In this document: positions 19,728 to 28,550 of the stretch, piece after piece | Position numbering within the stretch: position 1 is the first letter of the stretch | How the letters are laid out: each line of letters starts with the position of its first letter | DNA from: a virus | Taxonomy: Duplodnaviria > Caudoviricetes | IMG/VR virus record: IMGVR_UViG_3300043391_000021 | Span: 1-38,433 of that record | Direction: 5' to 3' (one strand) | DNA: 38,433 nucleotides | The notes under the pieces: generated by a model | Seen by the model: the letters and a program-made list of their open reading frames with translations, nothing else | Told to the model about the DNA's origin: nothing | The model's database searches: none | Position numbers and translations under genes: made by a program

Positions 19728-20099
19728 ATGGCTGGCAGAATAACGATTAGTACGCTAAATAACGATACAGGCGTATTAGCTACTCAAAATGGCATGAGTG
19801 GTATTGCTAAAGCATGGGCAAATTTTGGTTGGGTATCTAGTGCGGTTACAGTAAGGGCATCGTTTAATGTTAGTTCTGTAACAAGATTATCGTCACAAAA
19901 TTATCAAGTCTCATTTACAACTGCAATGGGTACTGCAAATTATTGTGCAGTTGCAAATGGCGGAACAATTAGTAATGGTGACTTAGAATCATTTGCTACA
20001 TCTGATTATCTTAGTACAAGTGTTGTTGTAAAAGGTGCAAAACAGGTTGGGCAAGGTGGCGAAGATGTTGCAATTTACAATGTTATTGTAATGTTATAA
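19728..20099 (+). CDS. Small fibre-tip/adhesin protein (paralog of next gene)
   Basis: AKAWANF...VRASFNVSSVTR. Confidence 0.65.
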   Translation: MAGRITISTLNNDTGVLATQNGMSGIAKAWANFGWVSSAVTVRASFNVSSVTRLSSQNYQVSFTTAMGTANYCAVANGGTISNGDLESFATSDYLSTSVVVKGAKQVGQGGEDVAIYNVIVML

Positions 20100-20110
20100 A
20101 GGAATAAACC

Positions 20111-20479
20111 ATGTCAACATTAGTAGCACAAACAATATCTAACGGAACGGTTAGCACACCTTCAGCCAATGTTATTAACGGTTCAGCAAAGGCATGGGTA
20201 AACTTTAACGGTGTATCAACTGCAACTGTTCGTGCTTCTTATAATGTAAGTTCAGTAACTAGAAGTTCATCAGGGTTGTATGTTGTAAACTTTACAAACG
20301 CATTTACTGATGCTAACTATGCAACAACTGTTGGGGCATCAAACAATACTACTGCTGATAGTTCATGGCCTGTACCAAAAGTTTTAACCCAAACAACAAG
20401 TTCAGCAACAATTAGTACGCCTACATTCAGTAACTCAGGACTTGATTGCGTATATGTTGCAATCGCTTGTTTTAGATAA
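20111..20479 (+). CDS. Small fibre-tip/adhesin protein
   Basis: AKAWVNFNG...VRASYNVSSVTR. Confidence 0.65.
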   Translation: MSTLVAQTISNGTVSTPSANVINGSAKAWVNFNGVSTATVRASYNVSSVTRSSSGLYVVNFTNAFTDANYATTVGASNNTTADSSWPVPKVLTQTTSSATISTPTFSNSGLDCVYVAIACFR

Positions 20480-20495
20480 TCAGGAGAATTAAATC

Positions 20496-20909
20496 ATGCA
20501 AGTAATTATTTTTACAAACGACAACGGTGGCGTAGCTACCACAATACCAACGGGCGAAATCAGCATTGATGCTGTATTAGAAAAAGATGTACCTAAAGGG
20601 CGTGGCGCAAGAATTGTTAATTACACCGATTTACCATTAGCGTATAACGATTTTTACGATGCTTGGGAAATGACCGACACGACTGTTCAAGTAAACATGG
20701 ACAAAGCTAAAGAATTGACCAAGACTAGATTGCGCAATGAACGCACACCATTGTTACAAGCGCAAGATGTAGCGTTTCAGCGTGCATTAGAAGAAGGTGC
20801 AGATACAACTGCTATTGTTGCTGAGAAACAGCGTTTGCGTGATATTACCTTATTGCCTGATTCTGCAACTACTCTTGAAGAATTACGCAGTCTTAAAGCA
20901 GAGGTGTAA
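20496..20909 (+). CDS. Tail fibre assembly chaperone-like protein
   Basis: LRNERTPLL...EKQRLRDIT C-terminal motif. Confidence 0.7.
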   Translation: MQVIIFTNDNGGVATTIPTGEISIDAVLEKDVPKGRGARIVNYTDLPLAYNDFYDAWEMTDTTVQVNMDKAKELTKTRLRNERTPLLQAQDVAFQRALEEGADTTAIVAEKQRLRDITLLPDSATTLEELRSLKAEV

Positions 20910-20911
20910 TT

Positions 20912-21427
20912 ATGCCATTAGTCCTTAACGGTACAACAGGCGTACAAGATAACTCAGGTGCATTTGTTGCTGGCACGGTAGTTAATTCTACAAGCGAAAC
21001 AAGTATTAATTTTACTGGTATCCCTAGCTGGGTTAAAAGAATTACTGTTCAATTTGCTGGTGTTTCTACGAGTGGAACATCAATCATACAAGTTCAACTT
21101 GGTGATTCAGGCGGTATTGAAACAAGCGGATATATTGGTTCAACTACACGAATAGACGGAGTTATTGCTTATACCACTTATTCTGCTGGCTACCTAATGG
21201 GAAACCAAGCAATAGTAGCGACTACTGCATATAGTGGACAATGGGTAATTACGAACATTACTGGAAACACTTGGGTGGAAAATCACATGATTACTGAAAT
21301 TGGCGATGCTACTAGTGTTGGCGGTGGATACAAAGCATTATCAGATACATTAACACAACTCCGTATTACTACAGTAAACGGCACGGATACTTTTGATGCT
21401 GGCTCAATAAATATCCTTTACGAATAA
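20912..21427 (+). CDS. Fibre-tip/adhesin beta-sandwich protein
   Basis: FTGIPSWVKRITV...FDAGSINILYE. Confidence 0.6.
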   Translation: MPLVLNGTTGVQDNSGAFVAGTVVNSTSETSINFTGIPSWVKRITVQFAGVSTSGTSIIQVQLGDSGGIETSGYIGSTTRIDGVIAYTTYSAGYLMGNQAIVATTAYSGQWVITNITGNTWVENHMITEIGDATSVGGGYKALSDTLTQLRITTVNGTDTFDAGSINILYE

Positions 21428-21471
21428 TAAAAACGTTGTAAAATACATAAAACAAAATAAGACATGATGCG

Positions 21472-21493
21472 TTGCCCGTGAGTGCATGGGCAA
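21472..21493 (+). promoter_or_regulatory. Stem-loop upstream of the second fibre block
   Basis: TTGCCCGTG-AGTG-CATGGGCAA, 9 bp with one G-U pair; short T tail. Confidence 0.5.
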
Positions 21494-21517
21494 TTTAACC
21501 AAGAATTAGGGGCTATC

Positions 21518-22006
21518 ATGGCAGTATTTAACAAAAACACGCTTACCCAAGTAAGTGGGTTTGACAATCCAATTATTGCTGGCGAATTAGTTTACGACCA
21601 AGCAACATTTTGGAATATTACTTTAACGGCAGAAGACGGCACTAGCGCAGTAAATTTAACTGGCGCTACTATTGACGCACAAATTGTTCGCCGAACACTT
21701 ACCAATGTCCAAGATACTCGCTACGGCTTGAGTTTTGACGTTGGCAATTACACTCCTACACCTACGGCTATCCCTTTAACCATTACAAACCGTAACAATA
21801 CGGCGGGTTCTTTTACTTTGGTAATTGACGATTCATCATGGGGATTGGTTGATTCTGATACTCAATTGGCAATCAATTCAGTAGATGGTGCTGGATTTTC
21901 AGGTCGCATCAAGATAAGTTTTCCAGCGGTAAGTTCTACGCCAGCGGAAGACAACATTATCTTTTTACTATTTTTAGTACGTTCTGACGGCATTGTAAAA
22001 GTTTAA
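21518..22006 (+). CDS. Virion structural protein (BppU-N-like adaptor)
   Basis: VNLTGATIDAQI pattern; ATG 21518 with AGGGG RBS. Confidence 0.55.
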   Translation: MAVFNKNTLTQVSGFDNPIIAGELVYDQATFWNITLTAEDGTSAVNLTGATIDAQIVRRTLTNVQDTRYGLSFDVGNYTPTPTAIPLTITNRNNTAGSFTLVIDDSSWGLVDSDTQLAINSVDGAGFSGRIKISFPAVSSTPAEDNIIFLLFLVRSDGIVKV

Positions 22007-22016
22007 GGGGATTTTT

Positions 22017-22313
22017 ATGGCGCAAATGACCGTAAGCACAGTTCCTAGTAATACCACAGTTACAGTACAAGATTCTAATAACATTACAGCCAATATACAG
22101 GGCGGTAATGAAATTAACGTTACCGTAGTCCCAACACCTAGACAGGTTGTGCAAATTAATCGTGGTGTGCAAGGTCCCAGCGGAAACGACAACATTGGCG
22201 GGTATCCAGTCGCATTAAATGGCGTACCAAATAACTTTGATGCTCTTATGTTTAATACGGGAGCTTGGACAAACATACCTCAAGTAGAAATTACTGACGG
22301 TGGCAACTTTTAA
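22017..22313 (+). CDS. Short fibre-like structural protein
   Basis: V/T-rich N-terminus, RGVQGPSG, C-terminal TDGGNF. Confidence 0.6.
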   Translation: MAQMTVSTVPSNTTVTVQDSNNITANIQGGNEINVTVVPTPRQVVQINRGVQGPSGNDNIGGYPVALNGVPNNFDALMFNTGAWTNIPQVEITDGGNF

Positions 22314-22326
22314 TTAGGAATAAATC

Positions 22327-23877
22327 ATGGCAAATACAATACGCATCAAAAGACGTGCCGCTGGCGGTGGTGCTGGCGCACCAACTTCACTTGAGAACGC
22401 AGAATTAGCGTTTAACGAAGATACTAATGTTCTGTATTACGGAACAGGTACTGGCGGGGCTGGTGGTTCGGCTACCAGTATTATCCCTATTGCTGGCTCA
22501 GGCGCTTTTGTAGACACCACTACAACGCAAACCATTGGTGGCACTAAGACATTTAGCAACACAATTACTGGCTCTGTATCAGGTAACGCTGGCACAGCTA
22601 CGGCATTACAAACTTCTCGCAATATCGCATTGTCAGGCGACGCAACAGGAACGGCATCTTTTAACGGTACAGCCAATGCAACAATTAGCACAACATTGGC
22701 TACCGTAAACAGCAACGTTGGCACATTTACTAAGGTAACTGTAAACGGTAAAGGCTTAGTGACTGCGGCTTCAAGCGCTATATTGAACGACATTGGTGCG
22801 CCAACTAGCTCATTTAGCATGGGTACTCAGTTATTAACTAACTTAGCAGACCCAGTCAGCAACCAAGATGCGGCAACCAAGGCTTACGTAGACAGCACAG
22901 CACAAGGATTAGATGTTAAAGCGTCTTGCGTAGTTGGCACAACTGCAAACATTACGCTATCAGGCACACAAACTATTGACGGCGTAGCTGTTATTGCTGG
23001 CGATAGAGTATTGGTCAAAAACCAAACAACTCAGTCAGAAAACGGTATTTACGTAGTTGCGGCGGGTGCTTGGGCACGTTCTTCTGATGCCAATACATGG
23101 ACTGAATTGGTTTCAGCATTTACATTCCTAGAACAAGGCTCTACGCAAGGTGATACAGGTTGGGTTTGTACCGTTAATGCTGGTGGCACATTAGGCACAA
23201 CTGCTGTAACTTGGTCACAATTTAGCGGTGCTGGCACTTATCAAGCTGGCACAGGATTAACGCTTACAGGCAATACATTTGCCTTGACTACACCAGTCGC
23301 TGTTCTTAACGGCGGTACAGGCGTAACAACAAGCACAGGCTCAGGCGCAAACGTATTAAGCACAAGCCCTACTTTAGTTACCCCTAACTTGGGAACGCCA
23401 AGTGCGGCAACATTGACTAACGCAACAGGATTGCCAGTAGCTACTGGTATCTCAGGCTTAGGCACAGGCGTAGCAACATTCTTGGCTACACCAAGCTCTG
23501 CAAACCTTGCCGCAGCTGTTACTGGCGAAACAGGCTCAGGCGCATTGGTTTTTGCAACTAGCCCAACATTAGTAACCCCAGCATTGGGAACACCAAGCTC
23601 AGGCACATTGACTAGCTGTACGGGTTTACCGTTAACAACTGGCGTTACTGGCACATTACCAGTAGGCAATGGCGGAACAGGCGCTACAACTTTAACTGGT
23701 TACGTTAAGGGCAACGGTACATCTGCCATGACAGCAAGCTCTACTATTCCTAATACGGATATTAGTGGTTTAGGCACAATGTCTACTCAAAACGCTAACA
23801 ACGTTGCAATCACGGGTGGTTCAATTACTAACTTGACTACTTTTGACGGCATTACAATTGACGGCGGCACATATTAA
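22327..23877 (+). CDS. Long Gly/Thr-rich fibre protein
   Basis: MANTIRIKRR..ELAFN N-terminal module, NLADPVSNQDAATKAYVD, LSGTQTIDGV..GDRVLVKNQ, SPTLVTP repeats, C-terminal IDGGTY. Confidence 0.8.
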   Translation: MANTIRIKRRAAGGGAGAPTSLENAELAFNEDTNVLYYGTGTGGAGGSATSIIPIAGSGAFVDTTTTQTIGGTKTFSNTITGSVSGNAGTATALQTSRNIALSGDATGTASFNGTANATISTTLATVNSNVGTFTKVTVNGKGLVTAASSAILNDIGAPTSSFSMGTQLLTNLADPVSNQDAATKAYVDSTAQGLDVKASCVVGTTANITLSGTQTIDGVAVIAGDRVLVKNQTTQSENGIYVVAAGAWARSSDANTWTELVSAFTFLEQGSTQGDTGWVCTVNAGGTLGTTAVTWSQFSGAGTYQAGTGLTLTGNTFALTTPVAVLNGGTGVTTSTGSGANVLSTSPTLVTPNLGTPSAATLTNATGLPVATGISGLGTGVATFLATPSSANLAAAVTGETGSGALVFATSPTLVTPALGTPSSGTLTSCTGLPLTTGVTGTLPVGNGGTGATTLTGYVKGNGTSAMTASSTIPNTDISGLGTMSTQNANNVAITGGSITNLTTFDGITIDGGTY

Positions 23878-23914
23878 TTAACTACCCCGCTATATAGCGA
23901 GAAAGGGTTGCCCT

Positions 23915-25504
23915 ATGGCAAATAAAATTATCCTAAAAAAGACCTCAACGGCATCAAAAGTGCCGTTGTCCACCGATTTAGAAGTCGGTGAAATAGCCGT
24001 TAACTTAGCAGACCAAAAGCTATACAGCAAAAACGCTGGTGGCACGGTTATTTTGGTTGGTTCGGGTTTAGGCGGTACTGGTGACGTTGTTGGACCATCA
24101 TCTGCCACAGATAATGCCCTTGCTCGTTTTGACACTACAACGGGTAAATTAATACAAAACGGTGTTGTTACGCAAGACGACAATGGAACGCTTGCTAATG
24201 TTAACGCTATCAGTTTAGATACGACCCCTACCAGCGCACCTACAACTGCTGGCTCTATCTATTGGGATAGTGGCAATCAAACGCCTACGGTTGTAATTAA
24301 CGCTAATACTGACTTGCAATTAGGTCAAGAAAACATTGCGCTTGTATATAACGGAACAGGCGTAACAATTGCCAAAGGGTCGGTTGTTGCTGTATCAGGT
24401 GCTCAAGGTCAACGTCCTAGCGTAGTCCTTGCTGATGCGGACAGCGAACCATTGAGTGCGGCAACTTTAGGTATTGCAACAGAAGCTATTGCTAACGGCG
24501 CTGAAGGTTTTGTTTGCACTTTTGGCTTGGTTAGGGGCGTAAATACTTCAGCTTTTACTGCTGGCGCACCTATTTATTTGTCACAAACAGCGGGCGCTTT
24601 TACAGCTACTCGCCCAAGCGCCCCAGCGCACACGGTAGCACTAGGTTACGTAATTAGCATTAACGCCTCAAGTGGCGAATTATTTGTAAACATTAATAAC
24701 GGCTGGGAATTAGACGAGCTACATAACGTATTAATTACAAGTGCCGCATCAGGCAACACATTAATTTATAATGCTGTTGCTGGCGTATGGGAAAACGCTA
24801 ATTTAACTGCTGGAACAGGTATTTCTGTAACCAACGGCGCTGGCTCAATTACGGTTGCCAATACTGGTGTTACATCATTTAACGCTGGTACAACTGGATT
24901 AACGCCCAGCACAGCAACAACTGGCGCTGTTACATTAGCTGGCACGTTGGCTATTGCTAACGGCGGTACTGGGCAAACAACTCGTCAAAATGCTATGGAC
25001 GCATTGGCTGGCGCTGTTACTAGCGGGCAATATCTACGTGGTAACGGCACAGACGTTGTTATGTCTGCTATACAAGCTGGTGACGTTCCGACGTTAAATC
25101 AAAACACTACGGGTAGTGCGGCAACATTAACAACTGGGCGCACAATTGCTATTACTGGCGATTTAACTTATACCAGCCCATCATTTAACGGTTCAGCAAA
25201 CGTAACTGCGGCTGGAACATTAGCCACAGTTAACTCTAACGTAGGTTCTTTTGGCTCGTCTACGGCTATACCAGTCGTAACAGTCAACGCAAAAGGTTTA
25301 GTAACTGCTGTATCTACGGCTACCGTTGCTGGCGGGCAGTATTTTGGCTCTGCGGCAGTTAAAGCTATTGCGTATAACGCACAAACAATCGGCGAAAACG
25401 TTACTGTCACTACTGGCAACAACGGTTTATCCGCTGGTCCTATAACAATCTCTACTGGTTTTACTGTAACGGTACAAACTGGCGCTAATTGGGTGATAGT
25501 GTAA
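23915..25504 (+). CDS. Long fibre protein
   Basis: MANKIILKK..GEIAVN N-terminal module, ELDELHNV, LAIANGGTG, C-terminal SAGPIT...NWVIV module. Confidence 0.8.
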   Translation: MANKIILKKTSTASKVPLSTDLEVGEIAVNLADQKLYSKNAGGTVILVGSGLGGTGDVVGPSSATDNALARFDTTTGKLIQNGVVTQDDNGTLANVNAISLDTTPTSAPTTAGSIYWDSGNQTPTVVINANTDLQLGQENIALVYNGTGVTIAKGSVVAVSGAQGQRPSVVLADADSEPLSAATLGIATEAIANGAEGFVCTFGLVRGVNTSAFTAGAPIYLSQTAGAFTATRPSAPAHTVALGYVISINASSGELFVNINNGWELDELHNVLITSAASGNTLIYNAVAGVWENANLTAGTGISVTNGAGSITVANTGVTSFNAGTTGLTPSTATTGAVTLAGTLAIANGGTGQTTRQNAMDALAGAVTSGQYLRGNGTDVVMSAIQAGDVPTLNQNTTGSAATLTTGRTIAITGDLTYTSPSFNGSANVTAAGTLATVNSNVGSFGSSTAIPVVTVNAKGLVTAVSTATVAGGQYFGSAAVKAIAYNAQTIGENVTVTTGNNGLSAGPITISTGFTVTVQTGANWVIV

Positions 25505-25755
25505 TGGAACAGTCTGCTTTAAATTGGGTTTTTGGGGTTGCTAATATCATTTTAGGTGCGGCGCTTAAATGGATTTATGATGCGCACCGTGATTTGCGTA
25601 AAGCAGATGAAAAACTTACTGAAAAAGTAAACAAAATTGAGGTCGTTGTTGCTGGCGAATATGTAAAACGTGACGATTTTGATAAGGTTGCGGACGTAAT
25701 ATTTGCTAAATTGGATAAGATTTCCGAAAAACTAGACAAAAAAGCGGACAAGTGA
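25504..25755 (+). CDS. Single-TM plus coiled-coil lysis-region protein (holin/antiholin-like)
   Basis: N-terminal TM followed by coiled coil; ATG coupled to the upstream stop. Confidence 0.65.
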   Translation: MEQSALNWVFGVANIILGAALKWIYDAHRDLRKADEKLTEKVNKIEVVVAGEYVKRDDFDKVADVIFAKLDKISEKLDKKADK

Positions 25756-26333
25756 AAGATTTATTACCGCAAATACTTGCATACGTTTCAAGCCCATTTA
25801 GGCTGTTTGCCATAGTAATTATGGCAATACTAACTTTTGCGGGTTATTTTGTATTGCAAAACCAAGAAATGATGTTCAGCGCATACAAAAAGTCTAAAGA
25901 ATTGCCAACAATGAATTCAAACAGATACGATGATGCCGCAAACTTATTATTTAAAGGCTTAAATGCCGACATGGTGGTAGTGTTTTCAGTCAATACCATT
26001 CTTGGCACAAGGATTGTCGAGCGTGCTTATTTACCCGATAAGCGTTACAAAGAATTTGATGAGCATGACGTTGGCTTGTTCAGTAAAAATATTGCAAACA
26101 ACAACGACATTATTAAATTAATGGCAGATGAAATACCTTGTTCAGAATACCCAAAAGCGCAGTCTGAAATAGGATTATGGTACAAAGCAATCGGCATTAA
26201 CTACACGTGCCGCATATCTGTTTCGCCCGAAAACAATAAATTTATTGGGCAGATTACCGTTGGTTGGAAAGAAAAACCAGCAGAACCTGAAGCAATGTTA
26301 CTTATTGCAAGCTCTATGTTATCAAGGAAATAA
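25752..26333 (+). CDS. Single-TM protein with periplasmic GAF-like domain (T4 holin T-like)
   Basis: One N-terminal TM, large soluble domain with two Cys and IGQITVGW. Confidence 0.55.
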   Translation: MKDLLPQILAYVSSPFRLFAIVIMAILTFAGYFVLQNQEMMFSAYKKSKELPTMNSNRYDDAANLLFKGLNADMVVVFSVNTILGTRIVERAYLPDKRYKEFDEHDVGLFSKNIANNNDIIKLMADEIPCSEYPKAQSEIGLWYKAIGINYTCRISVSPENNKFIGQITVGWKEKPAEPEAMLLIASSMLSRK

Positions 26334-26334
26334 T

Positions 26335-26733
26335 ATGTTACCAGTTACAGCACTTATTGACGTTGGCATGAAAGTTTTAGATAAGTTTATTCCTGACCCT
26401 GAAGCTAAGGCAAAGGCTCAAGCCGAATTACTTAAGATGCAACAAGAAGGCCGTTTGGCTGAGTTAAATGCAGACAACATTGAAGCCCAAGAGCTTACTA
26501 AACGTATGCAAGCAGATATGTCTAGCGATTCATGGCTTAGTAAAAACATACGCCCAATGACATTAATTTTTATTTTGCTTGTATATACTATATTTGCAAC
26601 TATGTCGGCTTACGGGCATAACGCCAACCAATCTTACGTAACGTTGCTTGGTCAATGGGGTATGTTAATTATGTCGTTTTACTTTGGTGGGCGCACACTT
26701 GAAAAGATTATTGACATGAAAGCTAAGAAATGA
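26335..26733 (+). CDS. 3-TM holin (GTA-type)
   Basis: LDKFIPDPEAKAKA...SWLSKNIRP...SFYFGGRTLEK; AAGGA RBS. Confidence 0.85.
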   Translation: MLPVTALIDVGMKVLDKFIPDPEAKAKAQAELLKMQQEGRLAELNADNIEAQELTKRMQADMSSDSWLSKNIRPMTLIFILLVYTIFATMSAYGHNANQSYVTLLGQWGMLIMSFYFGGRTLEKIIDMKAKK

Positions 26734-27185
26734 ACATTTCTACAAACTTTACCCTAGAAGAAGCTACGTATAGCGAAACAGCTATTCGCCTTGAGATTAA
26801 TAACCAGCCTAACGAACAGCAACTTGAAAACATGAAGGTTTCCGCACAAGGTATGGAACAAATCCGCAAACTACTGGGCAAGCCAATCCGTATTAATTCA
26901 TGGCTAAGACTGCCTGACGTTAACGTTGCCGTAGGTGGTTCTAAGGTTTCTAGCCACATGGACGGCTGGGCAATTGACTTTACTTGCGCAAGCTATGGCA
27001 CACCGTATGATGTTGCCAAAGCACTTAAAGATTCAGATATACAAGTAGACCAATGTATTCACGAATTTGGTCGCTGGGTTCACGTATCTTTTGCGCCTGA
27101 AATGCGCAATCAATTCCTTACAATTTTTAAACCTGAAAACAAATACAAGCAAGGTATTTTGACTGAGCAAGAATACAAGGCTTAA
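26730..27185 (+). CDS. Endolysin, peptidase M15A family
   Basis: NFTLEE, INSWLR, SSHMDGWAID, WVHVSF zinc-peptidase motifs. Confidence 0.9.
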   Translation: MNISTNFTLEEATYSETAIRLEINNQPNEQQLENMKVSAQGMEQIRKLLGKPIRINSWLRLPDVNVAVGGSKVSSHMDGWAIDFTCASYGTPYDVAKALKDSDIQVDQCIHEFGRWVHVSFAPEMRNQFLTIFKPENKYKQGILTEQEYKA

Positions 27186-27541
27186 AACCAACTTGCCGCA
27201 ATATCCCGTCTTGGAATTTTAATTGATTCTAAGGCGGGTTTTTCTTTTGGCTTTAATTGTTTGGCTTTGTATTTGCGATTAGCTTCATTTTGAGTTTGTG
27301 GTGCTGGGCGCTCTGCGCTTGTTTTGTTACCAGCTTGCCAATATGGCGATTGTTGCCCAACAGTTTGCACCCATTTAGCTACGTATATCTTTTTTTTACG
27401 TTTAAGCTCTGCTATGTAGTCGTCAATAGTCCCAAGCGAATAGCTTGTAGCCGTTGCTAATTGTCGACGATTCATTGGTTCGTGACGGATTAATTCAAGA
27501 ACCCCGTCAAGTCGTGTTTGTCTTTTTTCTTTTGATTGCAT
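27182..27541 (-). CDS. Winged-HTH domain protein
   Basis: MNRRQLATATSYSLGTIDDYIAELK. Confidence 0.65.
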   Translation of the reverse strand: MQSKEKRQTRLDGVLELIRHEPMNRRQLATATSYSLGTIDDYIAELKRKKKIYVAKWVQTVGQQSPYWQAGNKTSAERPAPQTQNEANRKYKAKQLKPKEKPALESIKIPRRDIAASWF

Positions 27542-27558
27542 AATTTTTATAGTTAGGC

Positions 27559-27625
27559 GGGGCAAACAGTAAGCCGTATATACAGGTTATTTAAAGTCGC
27601 CGAGCCGACTGTTGCCGTTTGCCCC
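27559..27625 (-). ncRNA. Putative structured cis-acting RNA element
   Basis: Outer stem GGGGCAAAC/GTTTGCCCC and inner hairpin AGTCG-GCTCGG-CGACT. Confidence 0.45.
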
Positions 27626-27641
27626 TTGTTAATTGTATTAC

Positions 27642-27770
27642 TTATCTACCACACCCGCACACCATTTTGCCATTAAAGCCTGAATGACAGCCGTATGGCA
27701 TATGCATTGGACACGCCGCAGATGCGCTGAATGATAAAACTAACAATGTTGCAAATAGTGCTTTTTTCAT
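27642..27770 (-). CDS. Secreted Cys-rich micro-protein (42 aa)
   Basis: Hand translation MKKALFATLLVLSFSASAACPMHMPYGCHSGFNGKMVCGCGR; AAGGA RBS; below the ORF track cutoff. Confidence 0.8.
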   Translation of the reverse strand: MKKALFATLLVLSFSASAACPMHMPYGCHSGFNGKMVCGCGR

Positions 27771-27780
27771 GATATTTCCT

Positions 27781-28137
27781 TTACTTTAAACGTAATACTT
27801 CGATTGTTTGATTACTAGGGTTAATAGTGCTTGTGCCACTTCCAGCGCCATGCGTTTTGCAAAACCACGATAAAACACTACCTTGTAAAAGCTTGCCATA
27901 TTTACCCCACGGCATAACTACAACGTCGCCAACTTTCATGTTTTGCAAATAACCGTTAACGTAAGCTCGTTTTTCTCCGTGAGGAAACTCGCTTGGTTTA
28001 CGTTTGCCTTTCTTTTTGCTGTTAACGTCTAAAGTTCCATATTTATTGCCGTCAGTATCAACAATTGCATAAGTAAACTTTAACGAGTCCAACAAATCAA
28101 CTGCTTTTTGTAGTGTCTTTTTCTGTATTTCTAACAT
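27781..28137 (-). CDS. Hypothetical protein
   Basis: 118-aa ORF with GGAG RBS. Confidence 0.75.
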   Translation of the reverse strand: MLEIQKKTLQKAVDLLDSLKFTYAIVDTDGNKYGTLDVNSKKKGKRKPSEFPHGEKRAYVNGYLQNMKVGDVVVMPWGKYGKLLQGSVLSWFCKTHGAGSGTSTINPSNQTIEVLRLK

Positions 28138-28149
28138 TTAATACTCCAA

Positions 28150-28548
28150 TTAAAAAGGTAAGTCGTCGTCAGGCATTCCGCTTGACACCGTTTCTGTTAC
28201 TGGCGGTGTTTCCCCCGCATTTTTGCTTCCCAGCAAATTTAAGCGTCCAACAACAATGTCAGTCGCATATTTTGTTACGCCGTTGTCGTCCCACTTTTTG
28301 GTGCGCAACGAGCCTTCAATGTGAATCATGTCGCCTTTTTTGACATATTTACCAACTACCTCTGCCGCCTTATTGAAAGCCGACAATCTATGCCACTCTG
28401 TATGCTCTTGCTTGTTACCGCTGGCATCTTTGCTAATGGTTGACGTAGCTACTGAAAATGTTGCAATAGCTTTACCGTCTGACGTATATCTGATTTCAGG
28501 GTCTTTGCCCAAACGACCCATGATGAACACTTTATTTACTGAAGACAT
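28150..28548 (-). CDS. ssb: Single-stranded DNA-binding protein
   Basis: SVNKVFIMGRLGKDPEIRY, TEWHR, C-terminal DDDLPF. Confidence 0.97.
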   Translation of the reverse strand: MSSVNKVFIMGRLGKDPEIRYTSDGKAIATFSVATSTISKDASGNKQEHTEWHRLSAFNKAAEVVGKYVKKGDMIHIEGSLRTKKWDDNGVTKYATDIVVGRLNLLGSKNAGETPPVTETVSSGMPDDDLPF

Positions 28549-28550
28549 AT

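Noticed and set aside
23290-23700. DNA-level tandem repeat or CRISPR-like array
   Set aside because: Similarity is protein-level (SPTLVTP.LGTPS) within a fibre gene, with divergent codons and no spacer structure
2403-25422. Numerous minus-strand and alternate-frame ORFs of 60-140 aa in the structural region
   Set aside because: Shadows of well-supported + strand genes, with no motifs or RBS
22327-25504. Diversity-generating retroelement targeting Mtd-like fibres
   Set aside because: No reverse transcriptase and no template/variable repeat pair with adenine-specific differences seen
27559-27625. Complete pistol ribozyme
   Set aside because: Pseudoknot partner and downstream conserved elements not found in cis
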